A DNA stretch of 64,000 nt from an uncultured Puniceicoccaceae bacterium. GTDB taxonomy: Bacteria > Verrucomicrobiota > Verrucomicrobiia > Opitutales > Opitutaceae. Under the pieces are notes generated by a model, which had not been told where the DNA came from, made no database searches, and saw only the letters and a program-made list of their open reading frames with translations. The DNA is taken from contig CAWVWU010000001.1 in assembly GCA_963933925.1 (NCBI GenBank), positions 1,231-65,230 on the forward strand, given 5' to 3'. Of this stretch, positions 55,522 to 64,000 are shown in pieces. The position numbers were made by a program, and so were the translations under genes. Position 1 is the first letter of the stretch. Every line of letters begins with the position of its first letter.

Positions 55522-56616
55522 CTATCTCGCTTTTGTTTTTGTGGATGGGAGGAACACGTTACGTGTTATGTTTGGTGAGTTGTTCAGCTCCCATGGTTGA
55601 AGTTCGATCCAGCTGGGGTCGACGAGAGTCATGTTGTGGGAGTCGGAGGTGCCGCGTTGGAAGGTGTTAATCTTTCCTACGACTTGGTCGACTGCAGTGC
55701 GACCGACTCTATTGTGGTTTTGGTCGATCCCCCCGTAGGTGCGGGTGTTGTCATCGGCGTCTAGAGTTACGAAACGGCAATCGTGGCCGAGGGCTTCAGT
55801 GGCTTGCCAGGCACTCACGTCCAGGATGTTCCAGTTGCTCATTAGGGCATCCAAATTGTACTTGATGCAGTATTCTCTGACTTCGTCGTTGAGAGATTGC
55901 ATCTCTTTTACTTTAAAGACGAGAGGGGGGATCTTTTTGCTTGTTTCGTAGTTACGCTGTCCGATGTAGAACCCTCCAGTGAAGAGGTTTCGTGTGTGGA
56001 TTTCATCGTGTTCTGCGACTGCGAGGCCAATGCGTTTGATTCCGCGTTCCTGTAGTTTGCGCATTGCCATTCGAACAGCGAAGAGTTGGTTGCTGAGGAC
56101 GGCGTCGACTTCGAGGTCTACGGGGAGGAGATTGATTTTTACAGTCGAGTAGGCATCCCAATCGAGTTGGATGTCTGTATTAATATAGCTAAAAGCACTA
56201 AGAATGAGGCCAGGGATGGCACGTGTCTTTAATACGTTATCGAGTCCTTTGGAGCGTTGATAGTCACGACCATACCAGAAAATGTCTAAGCTATAGCCCA
56301 GTTCGTTGGCACGTTCGCGGGTGCTTCTGATGAGTTGTTCGTGTACGTGGCTTTCTTTGAGATGGGCTTCGCTGGCGAGGTTTATTACGAGGCCGAGAGA
56401 GTGGGCAGTTGGGGTGCTTTTTACCCGTTCGCGGTAATTGTTGAGAGCAGTGAGAGCGGGATCGGGACGATAGCCCATGCGAGTCGCGAGTGCTTTAATA
56501 CGCGTGCGTGTTTCCTCGGGAAGGCTGGGGTGATCTCTCAGTGCTAGAGATACTGTGGTTTGATGAACGCCTGCTTCAAGGGCGACATCTTTCATTACGA
56601 TGCGTTTGGGTGACAT
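55522..56616 (-). CDS. LacI-family transcriptional regulator
   Basis: MKDVALEAGVHQTTVSLALRDHP...MGYRPDPAL. Confidence 0.9.
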   Translation of the reverse strand: MSPKRIVMKDVALEAGVHQTTVSLALRDHPSLPEETRTRIKALATRMGYRPDPALTALNNYRERVKSTPTAHSLGLVINLASEAHLKESHVHEQLIRSTRERANELGYSLDIFWYGRDYQRSKGLDNVLKTRAIPGLILSAFSYINTDIQLDWDAYSTVKINLLPVDLEVDAVLSNQLFAVRMAMRKLQERGIKRIGLAVAEHDEIHTRNLFTGGFYIGQRNYETSKKIPPLVFKVKEMQSLNDEVREYCIKYNLDALMSNWNILDVSAWQATEALGHDCRFVTLDADDNTRTYGGIDQNHNRVGRTAVDQVVGKINTFQRGTSDSHNMTLVDPSWIELQPWELNNSPNITRNVFLPSTKTKAR

Positions 56617-56741
56617 AGGAAAGGGGTAAGGTTGAAGTGTTTGATTTTTGAGTTGGAGAACTACGCCTCGCAGGTGTTGTGCGAGGCGTAGCAGCCACTA
56701 ACTACTCTAACAAAAGAGAATTAAGGTAACTGGGGGGCGTT

Positions 56742-58157
56742 TTAAGATTCCGCTCGTCGTTTAGATAGTTCTCTTTCCATCTGTTTTTCGAGACGGCCGT
56801 CGATGCCGTAGGTCAGTACTATGATACTTGCGAGGAGGGCGATGCCGGAGGGTATGATCGAAATCATGTAGCGTAGACCTTGTATTGTCTCCGGGGATTG
56901 CTCGATATTGGCGACAAAGCCGTAGTAAGTAAGAAGGTAGCCTGCGAAGGCAGGGCCGATGGCCCAGCCCATCTTTTGCGAAAAGGTACCGGCAGAGAAG
57001 GTAAGTCCTGTGAAGCGTCGGCCGAATTTCCATTCAGAATAGTCAGCCGTATCTGCGATCATCGACCAGAATAGGGGCATTAGTGGACCCAGTAGGAATG
57101 AGGTGATGATCTGTATTGAAAAAATTAGTATGATGTCGCCTGCTTCTGCGAAATAGAAACATGCGGCAACGAAGGCACTGATTACGGTCAAGGCGAAGTA
57201 AGCGTTTCGCTTGCTACCGAAGAAGCGTGTCCACTTATTGGTGAAGGTGAGGCCAATTAGGGTGGCGACTGTGCCCAGTACATTGAATAGAGTGGCGAGT
57301 TTTGCGAATCGGCCTCCGTCTTCTACCTGACCCACAACGTAATATTTAAAATAGTAGAGGATTGCTGCATCGCGCAGGGCCATCCAAATGACGGTGCTGA
57401 CTCCGATGAATATTATGGCAACCCACGGTTTGTTTTTAACAAGCTGTGAGAGGTCTTTCTTGAAATCGCTTTTTTGATCTTTTGGGGGTTTTACGCGTTC
57501 TTTGGTGGAACGGAATGTGAAATAGAACAGGGCAGCTGCACAGAGCCCGTATAGAGTCATTGTCTTGACGTAGCCTGCTTGAGTTTCTGTTTCGCCGTCT
57601 CCGAGTTTTATGACGAGGAATAGGATGGTCCCTTGTACTACTATGTTTGCGGCGAATGCACCGACAAAGCGAAATGAGGCGAGCTGACTGCGTTGCTCTG
57701 AGCTCGGAGTCATCACTCCCATGAGTGCACCGTAGGGAATATTGATCGCGGTGTAGAAAATCATGGCGATGGAATAGGTCGCGTAGATGTAGATGATTTT
57801 CCATAGAGGGCTCCAATCTGGGATGGTGAAGATTGAAATGCCGCTTAGTACGAAAGGGACGATCATCCAAATGAGCCAGGGACGAAATTGACCGTGAGGG
57901 GATTTTGTGCGGTCGGCGAGAATCCCCATCAGGGGATCGTTGGCGGCGTCGAAAATTCGGGATGCGAGCATCATGGTGCCGATTACTGCGGCTCCGATTC
58001 CCATGATGTCGGTGTAGAAAAACATCAAAAAAGATGAGAACACCTTAAAGTAGAAAACCGAGGCCATGTCTCCGGCACCGTAACCGAGCTTTTCGATTAT
58101 CGATAACTTTTCGACCTTTGGAGACTGGTTGGTTGGGTTGGGGGAACTTGAATGCAC
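56742..58157 (-). CDS. GPH-family glycoside:cation symporter (MFS)
   Basis: EKLGYGAGD, DAANDPLMG..ADRT, INIPYGAL, ADTADYSEWK. Confidence 0.92.
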   Translation of the reverse strand: MHSSSPNPTNQSPKVEKLSIIEKLGYGAGDMASVFYFKVFSSFLMFFYTDIMGIGAAVIGTMMLASRIFDAANDPLMGILADRTKSPHGQFRPWLIWMIVPFVLSGISIFTIPDWSPLWKIIYIYATYSIAMIFYTAINIPYGALMGVMTPSSEQRSQLASFRFVGAFAANIVVQGTILFLVIKLGDGETETQAGYVKTMTLYGLCAAALFYFTFRSTKERVKPPKDQKSDFKKDLSQLVKNKPWVAIIFIGVSTVIWMALRDAAILYYFKYYVVGQVEDGGRFAKLATLFNVLGTVATLIGLTFTNKWTRFFGSKRNAYFALTVISAFVAACFYFAEAGDIILIFSIQIITSFLLGPLMPLFWSMIADTADYSEWKFGRRFTGLTFSAGTFSQKMGWAIGPAFAGYLLTYYGFVANIEQSPETIQGLRYMISIIPSGIALLASIIVLTYGIDGRLEKQMERELSKRRAES

Positions 58158-58600
58158 GGTAGTTTAATGGGGTTTGGATAGGTCATGGGGCGGGCTGATT
58201 GAGGTGGGAACTCAATCGTTAATTTGCCGTAAAGAAGCTAATAGCAAATTACTATTAAGAAAGAACCACAAGACAAGCTCTTACATAATAGTGCGTGTTC
58301 CGAAATTTTGAGTCTCCCCGCGGTTTTCCGAGGAGAAGCTCTCTTAGAGATCGTTAATTAAATAGGCTTCTTAGTATGTTCGTATCTTTTTCGACCAAAT
58401 TCACCGGCGGTTGCGGGATCATTTGCTTCGCCCTCTTCGCTTCGCTATGTGGATGTGCCATTTGGCACCCTTCAAATAGCAATCCGCTACGTTGATTGAA
58501 GAATCTAATTCAGCTACTCGTGGAGAGTTTATTAACGGTCTCTTAAATAAGAGCACTGGCTCGCTTTAATTTTTCTCTATCCGCTTTCAGGTTAAGGCAT

Positions 58601-60007
58601 ATGGAATTTCCAAAGACATTTGCCTGGGGTGCCGGAGCCTCGAGTTATCAGATCGAAGGTGCAGCGTTTGACGGAGGAAAGGGCTTGTCGATTTGGGACA
58701 AGTTTTGCCAGAGCCCGGGGAAAACGTACCATGGTCAGCGTGGTGATGTGGCTTGTGATCACTACAATCGGTTCGAAGGCGATGTCGCCTTGATGAAGGA
58801 GATTGGTTTGCAGGCGTATCGTTTTTCAGTGAGTTGGCCTCGGATCATGCCAAAGGGGTATGGTAAGGTGAATGAGGAGGGACTCGATTTCTACGATCGA
58901 TTGGTTGATAGCCTTTTAGCGGCGAATATTGATCCTTGGATTACGTTGTATCATTGGGAGTTGCCATGGCAGTTGCACCTTGAGGGAGGCTGGTTGAATC
59001 CGAGTATTTCGGATCGTTTTGCTGAGTATGCTGCAGTGGTTGCGAATCGTTTGTCGGATCGTGTGACGCGTTGGATCACTATAAACGAGGTCCAGGTTAT
59101 CGTTGGACTCGGTTATGGGAGTGGCCTTCATGCTCCGGGGCTTAAGCTTTCTCTGCATGAGATGCTTCAGGCCGGTCATCATGTGTTGTTGGCTCATGGT
59201 AAGGGGACGCAGGCGTTGCGTGCAAATGCGAAGCAGCCGATACTAATCGGAGGGGCTCCAGTGGGAGTCGTTGCCCGTCCACTGACTGAGTCGCCTGAGG
59301 ATATCGAAGCCGCTCGAATGGCTACATTTGATGTAACACCACCCAAGAGTACGGAGCCGGCTGAGATGCAGAATGGTATTTGGAATAGTGCTTGGTGGAT
59401 GGATCCTATGTTTAAGGGCGAGTATCCGGAAAGTGGATTAGACGCGTATCGTGAGCATTTGCCTGAGATGGCGGATGGCGATATGGATATCATTCATCAA
59501 CCTTTGGACTTTCTCGGCGCGAATATTTATCATGGTCGTACGATTAAATCTGACGGCGAGGGTGGCTACTCCGTTCTTAATATGCCTGATGGCAGCCCGT
59601 TGACCACTATGGGATGGGATGTTGTTCCCGATGTTCTGTATTGGGGAAGTAAGTATTTGTATGAGCGTTATGGGAAGCCGATTGTGGTTACTGAAAACGG
59701 TACAGCGGTTACGGATATTCCTGACGAGAATGGTGAGATTATCGATTCGGCTCGTTGTTCCTACCTCAAAGAGCACTTGAAGGGGTTTGCACGAGCGTCT
59801 TCTGAAGGGATTGATTGTCTCGGCTATTTCCATTGGTCGATTATGGACAATTTCGAATGGGACCGTGGCTTTTCGCAACGCTTTGGACTCGTGTACGTGA
59901 ATTACCAGACTCAAGAGCGGATTATGAAGCAATCGGCGAAGGAGTACCGGGATATTATTGCGAGCAATGGTGCTTTGTTAAGCGGCAAGAGTTCGGTTCA
60001 GGTATAG
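58601..60007 (+). CDS. GH1 beta-glucosidase
   Basis: SSYQIEGA, YRFSVSWPRI, LYHW, TINE acid/base, VTENG nucleophile, WSIMDNFEW. Confidence 0.95.
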   Translation: MEFPKTFAWGAGASSYQIEGAAFDGGKGLSIWDKFCQSPGKTYHGQRGDVACDHYNRFEGDVALMKEIGLQAYRFSVSWPRIMPKGYGKVNEEGLDFYDRLVDSLLAANIDPWITLYHWELPWQLHLEGGWLNPSISDRFAEYAAVVANRLSDRVTRWITINEVQVIVGLGYGSGLHAPGLKLSLHEMLQAGHHVLLAHGKGTQALRANAKQPILIGGAPVGVVARPLTESPEDIEAARMATFDVTPPKSTEPAEMQNGIWNSAWWMDPMFKGEYPESGLDAYREHLPEMADGDMDIIHQPLDFLGANIYHGRTIKSDGEGGYSVLNMPDGSPLTTMGWDVVPDVLYWGSKYLYERYGKPIVVTENGTAVTDIPDENGEIIDSARCSYLKEHLKGFARASSEGIDCLGYFHWSIMDNFEWDRGFSQRFGLVYVNYQTQERIMKQSAKEYRDIIASNGALLSGKSSVQV

Positions 60008-60238
60008 AGTGCTGGTTCTGTTCGGCGGTGCGATTGAGTACTGCCTAGGGGGGATCCGTTTTTTTTGGCAGGCATGTCCGTCGACCAGTGTTTTGAATGT
60101 TTATTGAGGTTCTTGGAAAGAGAGAACTTCTGTGTCTGCTATTCTGATAAGTGGAGGGGGAGTTTAAAAATTGTTAGATTTAGTCGTGTATGATTTGAGG
60201 CGTTGACCTGTTGTGGTGAATTGTTATGAGTTGTACTC

Positions 60239-60730
60239 ATGATGAATCCCCTTCGATGTGCTTTGTTTGCCCCTTTTCTTTGAGTCTTATCGACGCTTTT
60301 TGCTGATGTTTCGGATGAGCAGAGAATTCTAGAAATAGATGGGGCTTGGGAGAAGGCGTTCTTAATTAATGACATCACCTTTTTTGAGGAGAATTTGCAC
60401 CCCGGTTTTGTATGGGTGCATAATCACGTGGAGAGCGTGCAGGAAGGGAGGGAGGCGATTCTTGCAAAGTTAGGTCAGAATCAAAAACGTGACTTAGGGG
60501 TACCGGTAGAGGATCTTGGAAGTCGAACACCACGTGATGTGAAGGTCGTTGTCGGGGAGAATTCTGCGATTACCTATGGTTTTTTAATAAAGGCGTATTC
60601 TAAGAGGGTCTTGGCGAAGGGAAAGGAATCGTCTGATTCTGTTACTTATCACTTTATGCGCACTTACAGTAAGATGGGCGATCGGTGGTTGTTGTTGGGC
60701 AATCACACGATGCAAGTTCCAGAGGAGTGA
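60239..60730 (+). pseudogene. Secreted NTF2-like (DUF4440-like) protein with in-frame TGA in the signal peptide
   Basis: MMNPLRCALFAPFL*VLSTLFADVSDEQRILEIDGAWEKAF..., in frame with the track ORF 60395-60730; TGA at 60281-60283. Confidence 0.6.
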
Positions 60731-60861
60731 GGGGACGAGCTGACTTGGGCTTTGAAGTGTCCGTCGGGACGACGGACGCTACCATTGGGTTGTGAAGAAA
60801 TGGGGTCGAATATTTGATGGTACCTGGTTTTTTGGTGGGGGAGGCGATGTTCTTTATCGTC

Positions 60862-61050
60862 CTATCGGAACTGGTTGGCGGCTGGGAGGTATTCATAGTC
60901 TGATTCTGCGAGGCGTTGGCAAAGTCTTTCCTGGTCGACGTCGTGAGACTTGCAAAGTTCTTCGAGGGATTCGAAGTGGTTTCGTAATGCGGTGTTCACT
61001 ACTCCGATGAGGAGATTCGGGTCCATTGTGTATACTCGTGTCCAGTCCAT
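60862..61050 (-). CDS. DUF4250-family small protein
   Basis: MDPNLLIGVVNTALRNHFESLEELC...YEY...NQFR. Confidence 0.8.
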   Translation of the reverse strand: MDWTRVYTMDPNLLIGVVNTALRNHFESLEELCKSHDVDQERLCQRLAESDYEYLPAANQFR

Positions 61051-61102
61051 TGTTTGTGTTTTGAGATGATCGAAGTAAAATTTGTCGTTTTTTTGGCGGT
61101 CG

Positions 61103-62374
61103 TTAATCGAGTTGAGCCTTCCAAAGGCCTAGAGCGGGATTACTAATGTAAAAGATCTCTTCACCATTGATGATGTTCCAGCCGTCTTTCAATGTTTCCC
61201 ATTGATAGAGGTGCGACGTTTCTTGGAAGGGAGTGTAGTGGAAACCGACACCTTCGATCTCTTCTTGTGTCATCCCATCTCCAGGACAATAGGTGATGGT
61301 GAAGCGACCATTGCTCGTTCCTTTAATCAGGTGTCCGGCTGCGGAAAGTTTATTCGCTAAATCTGGATCGTCTTTGGCTGCTTGTAGTGTTTTGTCGGTA
61401 CCGCGGTAGCCGTGTCTCCGTATCAGTCGATCGATGTCGGGGTCTTCGCCGAATGTTTCAAGTCCGGGAGCCAATATAATCAGTTCCCCTTGATTGGCGA
61501 TAGCCATGCAGGTTCGATAGATTGATTTGTTCCCCAGCCATGTACTGGTGAACTTTTCAGGGTCTAAATAGACAATGCATTTTTTGATCGGGCGAGGAAG
61601 GTGGATTATATTTATCGCTTTGCTGAGATCGCAGGCTTGCGAGTACGTTTCGTAGTCGTCCCCGATATACAGGCCACGCATTACGAGGTCGTCTTCCTCC
61701 TTACCGATGACGGTGAGGATGAATTGAAGGTTAACTTTGTCTCTGACAAATTCATCGTAGCCTTTGTTGAGGGCACGGCGTACTGGGGTATTGGTTTCTC
61801 CAATAATGTTTTCCATGCCGCAGACTGCTCCGAGAAAATGCGACTTGTGGATGGTATCTCCACCGCCAGTTCCGATAAGAATGTTTTTCGTGTAGTTGGC
61901 CATGCCAATTACTTCGTGCGGAACGACTTGGCCGATGGAAATTATGAGGTCGTATTCTCCTTCGATAAGCTCTTTGTTAACACCGATTCCCATACTATAG
62001 GAGAGCTTTCCATTTGATATTTCTGAAATATAATCACCTGAAAGTTCTCCGAGGCGAACGACGTCTTCCTTCCATAGATGAGGTAAAAAATGGTCGTAGG
62101 GAATATCTGGTCCGAACATCTTGCGGCATTTTTCCTCGGACATAGGAAAGTGGGTGCCCAATGCTGGCATTATTCGAACATAAGATTTCGTCTTAAAATT
62201 CTCGTAGAGGTAGGCCGTTATTTCGCCCGCTTTGGAGTTGAGGCGAGTGATGTCGGGTGGAAGTAATAGCAACCGCTTGATGCCGCGATTTCGTGAAATA
62301 AGGTTATCGAGGTGGGCCTTGAGTTCGCTTTCGGAAATTATGCGTTCAGGACCGCCGTCCGATAGGATTTGCAT
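61103..62374 (-). CDS. Lactate racemase (LarA)-superfamily protein
   Basis: PPDITR, PALGTH, VVPHEVIGMANYTKN, IHKSH, IILAPG. Confidence 0.8.
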   Translation of the reverse strand: MQILSDGGPERIISESELKAHLDNLISRNRGIKRLLLLPPDITRLNSKAGEITAYLYENFKTKSYVRIMPALGTHFPMSEEKCRKMFGPDIPYDHFLPHLWKEDVVRLGELSGDYISEISNGKLSYSMGIGVNKELIEGEYDLIISIGQVVPHEVIGMANYTKNILIGTGGGDTIHKSHFLGAVCGMENIIGETNTPVRRALNKGYDEFVRDKVNLQFILTVIGKEEDDLVMRGLYIGDDYETYSQACDLSKAINIIHLPRPIKKCIVYLDPEKFTSTWLGNKSIYRTCMAIANQGELIILAPGLETFGEDPDIDRLIRRHGYRGTDKTLQAAKDDPDLANKLSAAGHLIKGTSNGRFTITYCPGDGMTQEEIEGVGFHYTPFQETSHLYQWETLKDGWNIINGEEIFYISNPALGLWKAQLD

Positions 62375-62548
62375 AGGAGTATCTTTACTTCGTTTGTAGA
62401 GCCACCTGCTCTTTAGATCCAGATTCGTGTTAGTAGAATCGAATGACTAATATCTATGGCGAAGGGTCGCATCGCTTGTTTCTGCGTTTTTGATTAGAAT
62501 GACGAATCGTTAGCTCTCGTGACCGGTTATTGCGAGATGATCCCCCAG

Positions 62549-63898
62549 TTAGTGTCCTCCGTCTATTCGTGAAACCAAGAAGGGTAGGAGTGTAATGCTG
62601 TAGATGATCAGAGCGTAGAGTAGAGTCTTATTTACTGTGGTAGAAGTTATTTTCCTGCGAACAAGCGTCATTTCCATATTGTGGTCTTGGAGGTCTTTAA
62701 GAGTCCTTGTTATGACGTAGAGCACTGGGAGAAATAGGGATAGGATAAAGCGATTCCCGATCGCGATGGGGGCGTACCATGCGTATAAGCTAAAATAGGC
62801 TGCAAAATACGACGAAATAAATCCTATCGTGGCCAGTGATCTAAGGTTGATCTGTGACCTTATGCGGGCCGAGTTTGCTGAAATGATGCCTCCAATAAGT
62901 AGGCTGTAGATTAGGATGAAATAGGAATAGCCATAAGTGACAAAGCCTACGCCGAGGGTTTGGATGGCACCTGTTAGATAACGTAGAGAGATCTGAGAGA
63001 GTGAATGTTCTTGGAGGTATTTTAGAGGGCTTGGGATTTCGTCGGCTGGCATATCGGGCCACGAGAATCTATCGTTGTAGGCTCTGGTGCCTTCCTTTGC
63101 CTCATCCCATGAGTCGTACCACATGTAGAACGTCGAGTTGACGTTGTAGAAATAGTGGCCGGTCATTTCTTTGCTGTTATTTATGTAGGGGAATATGACT
63201 GCGAGGTAGGTGGAGCCTATTAGGAGGGCACAAAGGACCCCTGAATGTTTCCAATCGAAGTTGTTTTTTTGGGGCTTAGCTGTTTCTCGATTTTTCCATC
63301 GGATGGCACTTGAGATGAGTATCCAAAAGACTCCTAGTAAGAGGCATGGGAGGACTGAAGCTTTTGTGAGGTGCCCTAGGCCGGCGATTGACCCGGTCGT
63401 GATGGCGAGTATCCAGTTTGGATTTTGTATGAGTCGATAAATCAGAACGAAGAGAAGAAACGAAAATCCATAAAAAATGGTCTCTGTCTGAAAATAGGGA
63501 GCTTTGAATGCGAAAACGCTCAGGAGTGCGATGAGGGAGGGGACGAGTGCGAATTCGAAGGAGGCATCTTTTCGAAATATAAGAAAAGCGATGAGTGTGA
63601 CGAGTAGGGCAGATATGATTCCAGCATTTTTTCCCCGCTCGAAGAGGGTTTGGTCGCTCATTTCCTCGTCGTAGAGAATGCTCATGAACATTGGGTAGAG
63701 AGGCATTCTGTTGCGGCCGCCGACGTAGTTGTAGTCTGAGGCAACTAACTCCTTGGAGTAGTTCATGTAGGCAGACTGGTCGTAGGCGTCTCGATCGGTG
63801 TTGATGAAATGCGACTGATGCTGCGCTCCCCAAATATAGAGGGAAATGGCGGCGAGTCCGACGAACCAATACTTTAGCTTTACCAATTTATCTCTCAC
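62549..63898 (-). CDS. Multi-pass membrane protein, GT-C/PMT-like glycosyltransferase candidate
   Basis: DQSAY, RMPLYP, QTETIF, LTKASVL pattern with many TM helices. Confidence 0.55.
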   Translation of the reverse strand: MRDKLVKLKYWFVGLAAISLYIWGAQHQSHFINTDRDAYDQSAYMNYSKELVASDYNYVGGRNRMPLYPMFMSILYDEEMSDQTLFERGKNAGIISALLVTLIAFLIFRKDASFEFALVPSLIALLSVFAFKAPYFQTETIFYGFSFLLFVLIYRLIQNPNWILAITTGSIAGLGHLTKASVLPCLLLGVFWILISSAIRWKNRETAKPQKNNFDWKHSGVLCALLIGSTYLAVIFPYINNSKEMTGHYFYNVNSTFYMWYDSWDEAKEGTRAYNDRFSWPDMPADEIPSPLKYLQEHSLSQISLRYLTGAIQTLGVGFVTYGYSYFILIYSLLIGGIISANSARIRSQINLRSLATIGFISSYFAAYFSLYAWYAPIAIGNRFILSLFLPVLYVITRTLKDLQDHNMEMTLVRRKITSTTVNKTLLYALIIYSITLLPFLVSRIDGGH

Positions 63899-64000
63899 GG
63901 TGTTCTTTGGTGAATAGAGCAGCCTCTCTGATTTACAATGAGAAATCGTAACTCCATTTCGCCTAGAGAGGTGCGGCTTTCATAGCAATTTTTTATCTCT

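Noticed and set aside
11137-60283. Stop-codon reassignment
   Set aside because: The two internal stops differ (TAA and TGA), and both codons terminate many normal genes here.
22665-63898. Numerous 60-200 aa antisense or overlapping ORFs in the track (e.g. 25516-26061, 61601-62017, 63276-63869)
   Set aside because: They lie within well-supported genes and carry no recognisable motifs; they are shadow ORFs.

Overview
Bacterial chromosome window, probably Verrucomicrobiota, class Opitutia. This is inferred from the Opitutae-type TonB receptor, the NLSxR/NISTR C-terminal domain and the LacI style. A tmRNA gene (22173-22529, minus strand) splits the window in two. LEFT (about 0.5-22 kb) is an accessory/defence region with almost all genes on the minus strand: YhcG/DUF1016 nuclease, truncated RhuM, an AbiEi/AbiEii pair with a nonsense codon in the toxin, YjjJ/HipA-like kinase, a 1767-aa DnaQ-exonuclease + RecQ + UvrD fusion, and an unknown protein with an internal duplication. 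These are mixed with small cargo genes (DoxX, MarR, lactonase, RsuA, DUF1186/SEC-C, YcxB) and gene remnants. The most striking unexplained structure is a co-oriented motif ('J', roughly TGTYAWWA..N..GWCYGNCCCYTTTGCGAGYGGAGCGAG) seen nine times. Eight copies lie within about 90 nt of the 3' end of a minus-strand gene or gene remnant and one truncates RhuM. Two cargoes sit between J-ending direct repeats. This is a cassette-array architecture without canonical attC sites or a visible integrase. RIGHT (22.7-64 kb) is mostly housekeeping (mscS, mdh, DAHP synthase with a candidate leader-peptide attenuator, ygfZ, HU, pilD, aroE, xseA, truC-like, Rsm22-like, ABC transporter). It also holds a secreted CRTAC1/ASPIC-Ig-vanadium haloperoxidase fusion and a beta-glucoside utilisation locus (TBDR, LacI, GPH symporter, GH1). 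Two families of short periodic intergenic elements (TTAACCRC + 9-10-nt period; TGAA-led heptamers) occur across the window. All family assignments come from motif recognition by eye; no database searches were run.
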